In this document: in pieces, positions 28,175-37,674 of the stretch | Layout of the letters: each line of letters opens with the position of its first letter | Position numbering within the stretch: position 1 is the stretch's first letter | Origin: an uncultured Candidatus Saccharibacteria bacterium | GTDB lineage: Bacteria > Patescibacteriota > Minisyncoccia > Phycocordibacterales > UBA9988 | Direction: 5' to 3' | Assembly (NCBI GenBank): GCA_964401135.1 | Contig: CAYNXC010000003.1 | Location: 8,848-72,847 of the forward strand | DNA: 64,000 nt | Translations under genes and position numbers: made by a program | The notes under the pieces: model-generated | Told to the model about the DNA's origin: nothing | Seen by the model: the letters and a program-made list of their open reading frames with translations, nothing else | The model's database searches: none

Positions 28175-29467
28175 ATGAAATCTTTAGGAAAAAAACTTGT
28201 CGTTACCCTTCTTACTCACTGCTCAAGACGAGTGCTCTCTCGCTATGCGCCAAGTATCGTGGCGATCACTGGGAGTGTGGGTAAAACTTCTACCAAGGAT
28301 GCTATTGCGATAGTGCTCGGGACTGAATATCACATACGTGCGAGTCAAAAAAGTTTTAACAGTGAGCTGGGCGTGCCTCTGACCATACTAGGGCTAGAGA
28401 ATGCTTGGTGGAGTCCACTTGGTTGGATACAAAATATCCTCCGTGCGTTTTCTCTTGCATATGGGGCACGAACACAGTATCCCGAGTGGTTGGTGCTGGA
28501 AGTGGGAGCAGATAGGCCAGGAGATATTGCTCGTGTTACTCGTTTTGTGAAGCCGAGTATTGCCGTCATTACACGCATCGGAGAGATCCCAGTACATGTG
28601 GAGCACTTTGCGACACCGAGAGACGTAGCGCATGAAAAGGCAGGACTCGCGTACGCGCTCCCTTCTGACGGTACACTCATCATCAATGCAGATGACGACA
28701 AGGTGAGAGCTATTGGCGCCGCATATAAGGGAACTGTGCTTAGTTACGGATTTACTGACGATTCACTGGTGCGAGCCTCAAACGCACAGATAATGTATGA
28801 TGATGACAGGCCAGTTGGCATTGCCTGTAAGGTTGATGTGAGTGGCAAGAGTATGCCGCTCCGCCTCAAAGATGTGTTTGGTGAGCATGGCATTAGCGCT
28901 GCTCTTGCCGGCATCGCAGTTGGTTCTGCCGTACACATCAATCATATTGCCTGTATAGAAGCTCTCGGAGACTTGCAACCCGCACCGGGACGCCTGCGCC
29001 TCATTGACGGGGTACGAGGGACACTTATCCTGGATGACTCATATAATGCGTCTCCTGTGGCGGTACTTGCCGCATTAGACACCCTACACACGATGAAGGT
29101 GAGAGGGAGAAAAATTGCCGTACTGGGCGATATGATGGAGTTAGGAGCCTATTCGCCCGATGCACACCGTAAGGTAGGGAAGCGAGTGGCAGGTATTGTG
29201 GATATTCTCTACCTTGTTGGTACACGAGCAAAGTTTATTGGCGAAGGAGCGCGAGAGGATGGGATGAACCCAACAAAGATAAAAACATTTGATGAATCAG
29301 CGGCGGCAGGACGCGCGCTTGAGCACGACTTAAAACAAGGTGACCTGATACTGGTAAAGGGATCACAGTATGTACGAATGGAGCGCGCAATTGTTGAAAT
29401 AATGGCAGGACCAGAACGAGCTCCAGAATTGTTGGTGCGGCAAGAGGAGGAGTGGAAGAGAAAATAG
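28175..29467 (+). CDS. murF: UDP-MurNAc-tripeptide--D-Ala-D-Ala ligase
   Basis: AITGSVGKTSTK, FNSELGVPLT, DDSYNASP, LGDMMELG, LVKGSQ. Confidence 0.93.
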   Translation: MKSLGKKLVVTLLTHCSRRVLSRYAPSIVAITGSVGKTSTKDAIAIVLGTEYHIRASQKSFNSELGVPLTILGLENAWWSPLGWIQNILRAFSLAYGARTQYPEWLVLEVGADRPGDIARVTRFVKPSIAVITRIGEIPVHVEHFATPRDVAHEKAGLAYALPSDGTLIINADDDKVRAIGAAYKGTVLSYGFTDDSLVRASNAQIMYDDDRPVGIACKVDVSGKSMPLRLKDVFGEHGISAALAGIAVGSAVHINHIACIEALGDLQPAPGRLRLIDGVRGTLILDDSYNASPVAVLAALDTLHTMKVRGRKIAVLGDMMELGAYSPDAHRKVGKRVAGIVDILYLVGTRAKFIGEGAREDGMNPTKIKTFDESAAAGRALEHDLKQGDLILVKGSQYVRMERAIVEIMAGPERAPELLVRQEEEWKRK

Positions 29468-29474
29468 ATAGAGA

Positions 29475-29507
29475 AAACGCCAACGGACACACTGTCCGTT
29501 GGCGTTT
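29475..29507. terminator. Bidirectional intrinsic terminator
   Basis: 15-bp perfect stem AAACGCCAACGGACA-cac-TGTCCGTTGGCGTTT between convergent genes. Confidence 0.85.
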
Positions 29508-29521
29508 GTTACTAATCAAGA

Positions 29522-30340
29522 TCATTTCCTGAGGGAGCCTACCATCTTGAAGAAGAACTTCAGTTCGCGTCTCTCTTCTCGTTCTACGCTAGAGTCGGAG
29601 CGTGACCTCTCCAACTCGACAGATCGGGCAATGCGAGCATCTCTCTTCTCCTCTAGAGCGGTATCAATTGCTTTAATAAAGTTATTGGCAAGTACTAGAT
29701 GCCGTGTAGAATAGAGGCCTTCCAAAAATTGGGAAACATATTTGCGCGGAGAAAGGTAGTGGGATTTTTCACTCAGTAAAACAATACACTCTGCCAAGCC
29801 TCTCCCGCGTCCCGGATTAGAAAAGAGGTAAGAAGAAGCCTTCTCAATGGCATCTTCTTCACGGTAGCTACCATTACCACTCTCTTTCAAGTACATGACA
29901 GGTTCAAGGTACAGTAGCCTACAGAGAAACTCTGCAAACTCCTTTGCAGAACAGCATTCCACTAACCTTCTTAGCACACGGAATTGGTAAGCCCCGTACC
30001 CATTCCCAGGACGTAATCCTAGCTCATGTCCAAGTAAGAGTACTCTTTCTCCTATCCCTCTATTCACATAAAGGAATAACTTTCTAGAACGATACCTCAA
30101 GATAAGCCACCTGCCGTACAAGTAGCTCCAGCCGATGAAGACGCCGCACATGACACTCACGAAGATGTAGACGAGATATAAGTCTTGCGGGATGTCAAAG
30201 ATGTAGAATATGGAAGCTGAGAGGATAGAGAGAATTACGGACATAAGACTAAGTAGCCATACTCCTGAAGAAAAACAATTCAATTCCAAAAGTAAATCCT
30301 TCTTTCTTTTTGATCGTAGGCCCTTCTGCGTTGTCATCAT
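29522..30340 (-). CDS. Orphan membrane protein (2 TM plus basic C-terminal domain)
   Basis: 272-aa ORF with AAGGAG 7 nt upstream, own promoter and terminator. Confidence 0.7.
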   Translation of the reverse strand: MMTTQKGLRSKRKKDLLLELNCFSSGVWLLSLMSVILSILSASIFYIFDIPQDLYLVYIFVSVMCGVFIGWSYLYGRWLILRYRSRKLFLYVNRGIGERVLLLGHELGLRPGNGYGAYQFRVLRRLVECCSAKEFAEFLCRLLYLEPVMYLKESGNGSYREEDAIEKASSYLFSNPGRGRGLAECIVLLSEKSHYLSPRKYVSQFLEGLYSTRHLVLANNFIKAIDTALEEKRDARIARSVELERSRSDSSVEREERRELKFFFKMVGSLRK

Positions 30341-30347
30341 GAGACTT

Positions 30348-30477
30348 CTCCTTATGCGTCTGAAGACGCGTAGTTTGTCCTTCCCGGGGGATGGGATGAG
30401 GTCAGGACCTCATCAGATAGCCTTGATTCTCAAGGTGCATGCTATATGTAATATATCACATAAACCCAATCCGTCAA
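30348..30477 (-). promoter_or_regulatory. Promoter, boxA-like motif, structured leader and SD
   Basis: TTGACG(30477-30472)-16nt-TATATT(30455-30450); TGCACCTTGAGA(30439-30428); two hairpins; AAGGAG(30353-30348). Confidence 0.65.
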
Positions 30478-30643
30478 TACTTCCCAAAAGTAATAAAACT
30501 ATCACGGCCGTGAAAGTTTTATTACTGTATTGTAGGAGCGATGAAGGGCTTGAAAAAATGCTAAGAAAATGGATAATTGGCGTGTCGGCCTACATCATCC
30601 AATATGGATGATCAGCCGAACATTCTCTTGCGCGAATGTTTTA

Positions 30644-30715
30644 GGCCTTATCGTCTAATGGTCAGGACACTACCCTCTCACGGTAGGAATCGGGGTTCGA
30701 ATCCCCGTAAGGTCA
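30644..30715 (+). tRNA. tRNA-Glu (anticodon CTC), CCA not encoded
   Basis: GGCCTTA/TAAGGTC acceptor stem, CTACC-CTCTCAC-GGTAG anticodon arm, GGTTCGAATCC T-arm. Confidence 0.96.
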
Positions 30716-30791
30716 TAGTGCGGGATAGTTGATTTTGAGTGTCATACGGAGTATTGTAATCATAGACACAGCAGTACATCTTTCTATGCGC

Positions 30792-30829
30792 CCGGACACC
30801 ACTTGCGGCCTGGTGTCCGGAGGTTTTTT
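30792..30829 (+). terminator. Probable terminator downstream of the tRNA
   Basis: CCGGACACCA...TGGTGTCCGG followed by aggTTTTTT. Confidence 0.65.
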
Positions 30830-31009
30830 ATGCAAACCGCTCTAATGAAAACGGATTGGTGAGATAAAAGATTCTAGGGAATATATCTCTTTCGATGCTT
30901 CACACGCTGGGCATGATCCATTACCTATTTTATTCTGCAGTAAGGACAATTTGCATCAAATGTACTATACTGGTACAATCACTACATATTAGAATAAGAA
31001 ACTAACATT

Positions 31010-31381
31010 ATGTCTCTCAAATACTATTCTTTGCGTGGCGGAGTAGCAGGTCTATGTATCGCTGCGGTGATTATTGCCCTCAACTTTATTCAGCTCATCT
31101 ACACGGTACCCATGTCGCTCATTGGGCAGATGACTGGTGACGCGATACAAATTGCCGCACAATACCAATTAGTTGTCTTTGCGATCTTCGCGATTCTCTA
31201 TGGTCTGCTCGGTGGAGTCGGATACTGGTTCGCAAAAAAGAAGTGGCACTCAGTCACGATCGCAAGCATTAGTGCCTTCGTCCTAATGCTAGTCGTCTTC
31301 TCAATCCTCCTCACTCTCCGTATGAATATTCCACTCCCTGCACCTACTAACACTGTTCCAGCTGGTGTCCAGGTGCAATAA
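31010..31381 (+). CDS. Small membrane protein (3 TM)
   Basis: Three hydrophobic segments; next gene starts 2 nt after the stop. Confidence 0.7.
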   Translation: MSLKYYSLRGGVAGLCIAAVIIALNFIQLIYTVPMSLIGQMTGDAIQIAAQYQLVVFAIFAILYGLLGGVGYWFAKKKWHSVTIASISAFVLMLVVFSILLTLRMNIPLPAPTNTVPAGVQVQ

Positions 31382-31383
31382 CA

Positions 31384-32787
31384 ATGTCTCGATGGCCGGC
31401 ACTTGAAACAAGAGAACTTCCGTCAGCTCCAGGTTGGCAACACGCAGTTGGCGTAGGAATCATCGTCATGGGTATGGCAATGGGGACAGGGGAGCTCATC
31501 CTCTGGCCCCATTTAGTTACCAAGTTTGGCTTAGGGATACTCTGGCTTGCGCTTGTTGGCCTCGGACTCCAATACTTCATCAACCAAGAAATCGCACGGC
31601 ACACTGCCGCGACAGGTGAAAGCTTCTTCACTGCCTCTGCGCGGCTCTTTGGTTTTCTTCCTCCTTTTTGGATCCTTGCGGCTGTCCTCCTATACATTTG
31701 GCCCGGGTGGGCGAGTGTGCTTGGCACTATTTTGGCACAGCTCTTTGGTCTTGGCTCACATATCGTATGGGGGTGGGTATCTTTAGCACTGGTACTTGCA
31801 GTGACTTTTTTGGGTAATACTGCTTATCATGTACTAGAACGAGCACTAAAGGTCATTGTTCCACTCTTTCTCTTACTTCTCCTCATTGTCAGCTACCACA
31901 ACTTAGACTTCACCATACTCAAAAGTGCTCTCCTTGGCCTCACTAACATCGGCTACATACCCGAGGGGGCAGATATGAATATTCTCCTCGGCGCCATAGT
32001 CTTTGCTGGGGCTGGTGGTGTACTCAATCTTTGCATCTCTCTCTGGTACCGTGACAAGGGGCTCGGCATGGCGCACTATGCAGGGCGCATTGTAAATCCT
32101 GTCACGGGTAAACCAGAGGCAGTCTCGGTGACGGGGTACCGCTTCAACATCACCGAGGATTCTCTCTCTCGCTGGCGCGGGTGGATGCACTACATCTTCA
32201 TTGACCAAGGATTAATTTTCTTTACACTCGGCGTGCTCTCGCTCGTACTCCTATCTGTCAATGCTTATGTGGTACTTACTCCGCTCGGAATCGTTCCAGA
32301 GGGTACACGCGTAGCCATTGCGCAGTCCGAAATCTTTGCACAAGAGTGGGGAGTCATTGGAGAGAAGCTCTATCTTGTTATGGCTTACCTCATGCTTTTC
32401 TCGGTGATGTGGACAATCATTGACGCTCTCACCCGTATCATCTCTGACATAGTGCACACAAATACGAGAGTTGGTCCATTCGCCGGGCACTTCCACTGGT
32501 TAGAAAATATCTCTGTCCACCACCTCTACTACGGACTGATCGTGCTAGTTGTCTCTATCCAAGCTATTCTTTTACCTTTTAATCAACCACTCAGCTACCT
32601 TGTGCTCTCTTCATCACTCGGCGGCATTACTATGGCACTCTATACACCCATACTCCTCTATATGAATAAGCGCACACTCCCTCGAGAGCTCCGTCCCGGC
32701 ATCATCTCTACTATCGCGCTCATTACTGCGACTATCTTTTACACCTTCTTTGGTATTCATAGTATTTTAGCTACAATAGGATTATGA
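31384..32787 (+). CDS. Divergent Nramp-family (APC fold) transporter
   Basis: AMGTGELILWP...EIARHTAATGES motif, about 11 TM; lacks the canonical DPGN. Confidence 0.8.
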   Translation: MSRWPALETRELPSAPGWQHAVGVGIIVMGMAMGTGELILWPHLVTKFGLGILWLALVGLGLQYFINQEIARHTAATGESFFTASARLFGFLPPFWILAAVLLYIWPGWASVLGTILAQLFGLGSHIVWGWVSLALVLAVTFLGNTAYHVLERALKVIVPLFLLLLLIVSYHNLDFTILKSALLGLTNIGYIPEGADMNILLGAIVFAGAGGVLNLCISLWYRDKGLGMAHYAGRIVNPVTGKPEAVSVTGYRFNITEDSLSRWRGWMHYIFIDQGLIFFTLGVLSLVLLSVNAYVVLTPLGIVPEGTRVAIAQSEIFAQEWGVIGEKLYLVMAYLMLFSVMWTIIDALTRIISDIVHTNTRVGPFAGHFHWLENISVHHLYYGLIVLVVSIQAILLPFNQPLSYLVLSSSLGGITMALYTPILLYMNKRTLPRELRPGIISTIALITATIFYTFFGIHSILATIGL

Positions 32788-33809
32788 GGAAGTACCGAGT
32801 ATCAAGTGCCGGGTATCATGTCCTCGTGTGTGCGGTGTTTGTATTACTCGTGCTTACTCCATTCCGTGCACAAGCTTTTACGCGACTCTTCTATGCAAAT
32901 TATGCCTCCACCTCAGCAGCATCTTTTGCGGCACATGCAGATAAAGTTGATATAATCGCACCACAGGCATTCTCTTTTGATAGAAACGGGGTTGTCTCCG
33001 GAGAAATCCCCGCCAAGATACTCGCTACCGCGAGGGCAAAGGAGGCTAAATTAATGCCACTCGTTACCAATGGTACCTTTGAGGCAATTATCGCAACACG
33101 CATTGTGCGTAACCAGCGGGTGCAAGACTACCTCATCAGTTCATTGATCGCAATTGCAAAAGCACAGGGTTTCGCCGGATGGCAATTAGACATTGAGAAT
33201 ATGGATGCTTCCCACCGTGATCGTTACTCTCTCTTTATAGAGAAGGCTGCGCGAGAGTTCAAAAAAAACAATCTCCTCTTGAGTGTTGCCGTTGTCTCGC
33301 AAGTCTCTAATAATCCAGCAGACCATCCGCCACAGTCATGGAATGAATGGGCGGGCGTCTATGATTACACACGGATTGCGAAAGCTGTAGACTTTATGTC
33401 TATTATGGCCTACGACAGTCCGAGCGCTGCAGGGCCAACGGCGCCTCTTCCTTGGGTCAAACAGGTGGTAGCACACGCGACCTCCTCTGCCCCTACTGCA
33501 AAAATCTCTCTCGGTATCCCTAACTTCCACTGGGAGTGGACGGTGAACAAGAGCTTTAAGGTGAGTTCGGGTAGTTACCGCTATGTTTCCGTCCTCCTCG
33601 CGAACTCAAAAAACCCTCGTGGCTATGACGAGAAGCTTGGTGCTTCGTGGGTAAAGTATCAGACTAAGCGCGGTGACTGGCGTATTGTGTGGTACGAAGA
33701 TGCGCACAGTATGGGTGAGAAGATACGATTTGCAAAAGAAAATGGGCTCGCTGGATTCTCTATGTGGGTCTTGGGACTTGAAGATCCTGCTCTCTGGGAT
33801 ACACTCTAG
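32784..33809 (+). CDS. Secreted GH18-family glycoside hydrolase
   Basis: Signal peptide ending AQA; GWQLDIE, YDY, IMAYD, GPTAPLPWV, VWYED, WVLGLED. Confidence 0.88.
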   Translation: MRKYRVSSAGYHVLVCAVFVLLVLTPFRAQAFTRLFYANYASTSAASFAAHADKVDIIAPQAFSFDRNGVVSGEIPAKILATARAKEAKLMPLVTNGTFEAIIATRIVRNQRVQDYLISSLIAIAKAQGFAGWQLDIENMDASHRDRYSLFIEKAAREFKKNNLLLSVAVVSQVSNNPADHPPQSWNEWAGVYDYTRIAKAVDFMSIMAYDSPSAAGPTAPLPWVKQVVAHATSSAPTAKISLGIPNFHWEWTVNKSFKVSSGSYRYVSVLLANSKNPRGYDEKLGASWVKYQTKRGDWRIVWYEDAHSMGEKIRFAKENGLAGFSMWVLGLEDPALWDTL

Positions 33810-33812
33810 TAG

Positions 33813-34883
33813 ATGGGATACCTTGGATACATTGCAGTAGCACTCATTGCAGGGCTCACCGTGGCTCTGGTATTGTCGTTGCGTCGCCAAGGAGGAGGGG
33901 AGTATGAAGGAGATGGAACTATGCTTCTCCAGGCACAACTTGCAGAGTTGGTACGAGCTAATCAAGAGCTATCCAATACCGTCTCTCTGCGCCTCACTGA
34001 GAGTGAGAGGCACATGTCCGACACGATGCACAACCAAATGAAAAGTTCTTCTGATATCGTGCGTGATGTGACCGAAAAATTAACACGTTTAGACGAGACT
34101 AATAAACAAGTGGTATCTTTTGCTGATCAGCTCAAAAGTCTCCAAGATATTTTAAAAAATCCAAAACAGCGTGGGATACTGGGAGAGTACTACCTTGAGA
34201 CTCTTCTTAAAAATGTGCTCCCGGTGGGGAGCTACCAGATGCAGTACCTCTTCTCTGATGGTACCATTGTAGACGCGGTTGTTTTTGTGCGCGACAAAAT
34301 AATCCCTATAGATTCAAAATTCTCATTGGAGAATTACAATCGCCTTGTAGAAGAGCGGAGCGATGAGGGACGAGAACGCTTAGAGAAAGCCTTCAAGGCT
34401 GACTTAAAAAATAGGATAGACGAGACGGCAAAGTATGTAAAGCCGTCAGAGAATACGATGGATTTTGCCTTTATGTTTATCCCACATGAGGCTATCTACT
34501 ACGATCTCTTAGTTGCACAGGTTGGTACCGTTAAGATTAATACGCGAGACCTCATTGAGTACGCCTTCAAGGAGAAGCATGTCATTATCGTCTCACCAAC
34601 CTCATTCTTAGCCTACCTCCAGACCGTTCTCCAAGGGCTCAAAGCACTCCAAATAGAGGAGTCCGCCAAGGAGATTAGAAAGCGCGTAGAAGAGTTAGGG
34701 AAGCATATTGGGGTCTATAATGAGTATTTCCATAAACTAGGGATCTCTCTCGGCACAAGCGTCAGCCACTATAACAATGCCTATAAGGAGTTTAAGAAGA
34801 TAGACAAGGATGTATACCGTATTTCTGGCAGGAGTGCCGAGGTGGAGACCCTCGTACTAGAGAAGCCAGAGGAGGATAATTGA
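33813..34883 (+). CDS. rmuC: DNA recombination protein RmuC
   Basis: N-terminal TM, NPKQRGILGE, IPIDSKF, DFAFMFIPHE, IVSPTS. Confidence 0.93.
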   Translation: MGYLGYIAVALIAGLTVALVLSLRRQGGGEYEGDGTMLLQAQLAELVRANQELSNTVSLRLTESERHMSDTMHNQMKSSSDIVRDVTEKLTRLDETNKQVVSFADQLKSLQDILKNPKQRGILGEYYLETLLKNVLPVGSYQMQYLFSDGTIVDAVVFVRDKIIPIDSKFSLENYNRLVEERSDEGRERLEKAFKADLKNRIDETAKYVKPSENTMDFAFMFIPHEAIYYDLLVAQVGTVKINTRDLIEYAFKEKHVIIVSPTSFLAYLQTVLQGLKALQIEESAKEIRKRVEELGKHIGVYNEYFHKLGISLGTSVSHYNNAYKEFKKIDKDVYRISGRSAEVETLVLEKPEEDN

Positions 34884-34922
34884 ACTTGCCTTTTTGGCTT
34901 ACTTTGCTACTATGGCAGGGTT

Positions 34923-35246
34923 ATGACATTCGCAATCATCAAAACAGGAGGCAAGCAGTATATAGCCCGAGAAGGGGAGATCCTTGTCGTAGAGCGACTC
35001 GCAAGCGCTGAGCCTCTCAAGGAAGGTGACACGGTCACCTTTGACGAGGTGCTTCTTGTCTCTGACGGAAAAGGTCTCGCTATTGGCAATCCTACTGTCA
35101 CAGGGAAAAAAGTACAAGCGACTTTCTCTTCAGAAATCCGCGAAGCAAAAAAGACCACCTACAAGTACAAGCCCAAGGCCCGCACGAGAGTGAAGCGAGG
35201 CTCACGACAATTTAAAGCAGAGGTCACCGTCTCTAAAATTTCTTAA
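34923..35246 (+). CDS. rplU: 50S ribosomal protein L21
   Basis: FAIIKTGGKQY, KYKPK...GSRQ. Confidence 0.95.
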   Translation: MTFAIIKTGGKQYIAREGEILVVERLASAEPLKEGDTVTFDEVLLVSDGKGLAIGNPTVTGKKVQATFSSEIREAKKTTYKYKPKARTRVKRGSRQFKAEVTVSKIS

Positions 35247-35338
35247 TCCACAGTTTTACACTAGGTTAGATCTGCCTCGGCGAATTTTCTGTATACTTAA
35301 ATAAATAAAGGTCGAGTGATAATGAATAGATTTTCTCT

Positions 35339-35545
35339 ATGTCATCAAAAACACTCCATAACATTTCCTTTTTTCTGCTTGTAATTGGGGGGATCAACTG
35401 GTTCCTTTTTGTCCTCGGATATGAGCTCGGGAAGCTCTTCCTTGGAAGTATGTACGAGACGCCGGCTAAAGTTGTCTACATACTCATAGGGCTTTCTGCA
35501 TTCTATCAGTTGGTCACCCACAAGAAAGACTGCAAGATCTGCTAG
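35339..35545 (+). CDS. DUF378 small membrane protein
   Basis: LLVIGGINW...VYILIGLSA, ending HKKDCKIC. Confidence 0.85.
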   Translation: MSSKTLHNISFFLLVIGGINWFLFVLGYELGKLFLGSMYETPAKVVYILIGLSAFYQLVTHKKDCKIC

Positions 35546-35561
35546 GTAAACTGAGTCCCTG

Positions 35562-35602
35562 AAAACACCGAGCGTTGAGACTCCTAAACATTCGGTGTTT
35601 TT
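35562..35602. terminator. Bidirectional terminator
   Basis: AAAACACCGA...TCGGTGTTTT between convergent genes. Confidence 0.75.
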
Positions 35603-35611
35603 GTTGATTCA

Positions 35612-36238
35612 TTAACCGCGATGCCTGAGTGCCTCCAAAATGGTTTCATCATCTGAGTACTCCAATTCCGTACCGGTAGAGAGACCACGACCAAGCGTTG
35701 TTATGTTGAAACTATATTTTTTGACAAGTGGTTCGAGGAGCATACGCAGGTACTCGCTCGTATGATCTCCTTGCGGTGTTGCCGATAGAGCGAGGATGAG
35801 TTCAGAGAGACCGAGCCTGCCCGCCTCCTCAACACGGGCTAGGAGCTGAGATGTGCGTATGCGCGACTCTGGGCTCTTCTCCAAGATGGGAATGCTACCT
35901 CCAAGCACAAAGTAGTGTCCTTGGTACGCTCCCGTCTTGCGGATGTTATCCAAGTCAGCATCTTTCTCTACCAAGAGGAGAAGGCTCCTATCCTTTCCTT
36001 CATCAGAACATATGTCACAGAGAGAAGTGTATTTACTCTGTGGATGCAGCACGAAGTAACGCTGACAACTACCACATTGCGCAATATCTCGGCTTAGGCT
36101 ACCCACCAGGCGAGAGATCTCTGCCCGTTCTGCTGGCTCGAGCGTGAGTAGGTGGTACACAAATCGGCGCGCTTGCCGTGCGCCAATACCAGGGAAGTGC
36201 ATAAAGAGGTCAGCAAGACGGTGAAAACTCCCAGTCAT
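35612..36238 (-). CDS. recR: Recombination mediator RecR
   Basis: FPGIG, CxxC...CDIC, YFVLGG, GTELEYSD. Confidence 0.95.
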   Translation of the reverse strand: MTGSFHRLADLFMHFPGIGARQARRFVYHLLTLEPAERAEISRLVGSLSRDIAQCGSCQRYFVLHPQSKYTSLCDICSDEGKDRSLLLLVEKDADLDNIRKTGAYQGHYFVLGGSIPILEKSPESRIRTSQLLARVEEAGRLGLSELILALSATPQGDHTSEYLRMLLEPLVKKYSFNITTLGRGLSTGTELEYSDDETILEALRHRG

Positions 36239-36241
36239 GAT

Positions 36242-37609
36242 TTAAAAATCTCCAAAGTCCCCCTTCTCAATAGAAGAGAAACTAACTAAGTTCTGATCAA
36301 AGAATAGGTCTACCTGTCCCACTGGGCCATTCCGGTGCTTTGCAATAAGAATCTTTGCAACATTATCGCGTCCAGGACCATCCTCTCGGTACTCACGGTG
36401 GATGAAGAGTACCACGTCGGCATCTTGTTCAATGGATCCGGAGTCTCTAAGATCAGAGAGCCGTGGCTCACCTCCACGGCTCTCTACGGAACGGTTCAAC
36501 TGCGAAAGTGCAATAACGGGCACATCCAGTTCGCGGGCAAGTGACTTGAGCGAACGGGAGATCTCTGTGACCTGCTGGACAACTGAGTCAGATGAAGTAC
36601 GAGGTGTCATCATTTGGAGATAATCAATGATGATAAGGCCAAGCCCATGTTCAGCCTTCATTCTGCGTGACACTGCACGCATACGCATAATATTGTTGCC
36701 AGGCTCATCATCAATGAAGATTGGTGCGCGAGAAAATACATCCAAGGTGTCACGCAGACGAGTAAAGTCAGCATCATCATGGAGCCGGCCAGTACGCAAC
36801 TTCCATGAATCAACGCGCCCCTCTGCCACGAGCATTCTTTCAACCAATTGCCCAGTGCTCATCTCTAAAGAAAAGATGCCAACTGGCACATCATGTCGGA
36901 GTGCCGCGTGTCGTGCAATATCCAAAGCAAAAGCAGTCTTACCCATTGATGGTCGTGCCGCGATGATAATGAGGTCAGAATTTTGGAATCCAGAAAGCTG
37001 ATTATCCAGTGTGGTGAAACCACTCGGCACCCCACGCAAAGTATTATCTGATTTGTGTAGTCGCTCAAAGCGATCCCACGCGGTAGCAAGCGTATCTTTG
37101 ATGTGAATAAAGGTACGCTTTGCAAAATTGCCAAGCTCGTACACTTTCTTACCCGCGGCATCAAGAATTGCATCCAATTCTTCATGTTCAGAAAATCCTA
37201 GTTCAGAAAGTTCTTCAGAGGCACGAATCAACTGACGAAGAGCAAATTTCTTATGCACAATATCAGCGTAGTGCTCCAAGTTGGCAGCACTCGGGACCAT
37301 GCTTGAAAGCTCTGCCAAGTAGCTCCCACCTCCAGCACGATCAAGCAACCCTCGCTCTCGGAGCATTGATGTGACCGAGATGAGGTCAATTGGTTCTCCT
37401 TTATTGAAAAGATCTTGCATCACGCGATAGACTTCAGCATGACGATCAGAGTAAAAAGATTCTGGCCGTACAAGATCAACGATCTGATGCATACCCTTTG
37501 GGTTCAGCATCAAGGATCCGAGGAGTGCCCGCTCCGCATCTGCATCCTGTGGGGGGATGCGGACTCCTGTCCTGAAAGCCTTAGTATCTCGTAGAGGTGC
37601 CGTCTGCAT
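36242..37609 (-). CDS. dnaB: Replicative DNA helicase
   Basis: AARPSMGKTAF, FSLEM, IIDYLQ, LSQLNR, LRDSGSIEQDAD, KHRNGP. Confidence 0.98.
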   Translation of the reverse strand: MQTAPLRDTKAFRTGVRIPPQDADAERALLGSLMLNPKGMHQIVDLVRPESFYSDRHAEVYRVMQDLFNKGEPIDLISVTSMLRERGLLDRAGGGSYLAELSSMVPSAANLEHYADIVHKKFALRQLIRASEELSELGFSEHEELDAILDAAGKKVYELGNFAKRTFIHIKDTLATAWDRFERLHKSDNTLRGVPSGFTTLDNQLSGFQNSDLIIIAARPSMGKTAFALDIARHAALRHDVPVGIFSLEMSTGQLVERMLVAEGRVDSWKLRTGRLHDDADFTRLRDTLDVFSRAPIFIDDEPGNNIMRMRAVSRRMKAEHGLGLIIIDYLQMMTPRTSSDSVVQQVTEISRSLKSLARELDVPVIALSQLNRSVESRGGEPRLSDLRDSGSIEQDADVVLFIHREYREDGPGRDNVAKILIAKHRNGPVGQVDLFFDQNLVSFSSIEKGDFGDF

Positions 37610-37674
37610 AGTTGATTGATTCTAACACAGAGGAGTGGAAAGAGAGGAGGGGCAAAGAGTGCGTAAGAAGTGGA

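Noticed and set aside
30355-30420. CTGATGA on the minus strand suggesting a hammerhead ribozyme
   Set aside because: No GAAA core follows a stem II (it reads GGACAAAC), and the segment is explained by a perfect local hairpin
30644-33809. Possible tRNA-anchored genomic island
   Set aside because: No integrase, and I saw no duplicate of the tRNA 3' end
35304-35315. AAAGGTCGA upstream of the DUF378 gene as a possible leader motif
   Set aside because: Only one copy noticed in this window, so it cannot be supported here
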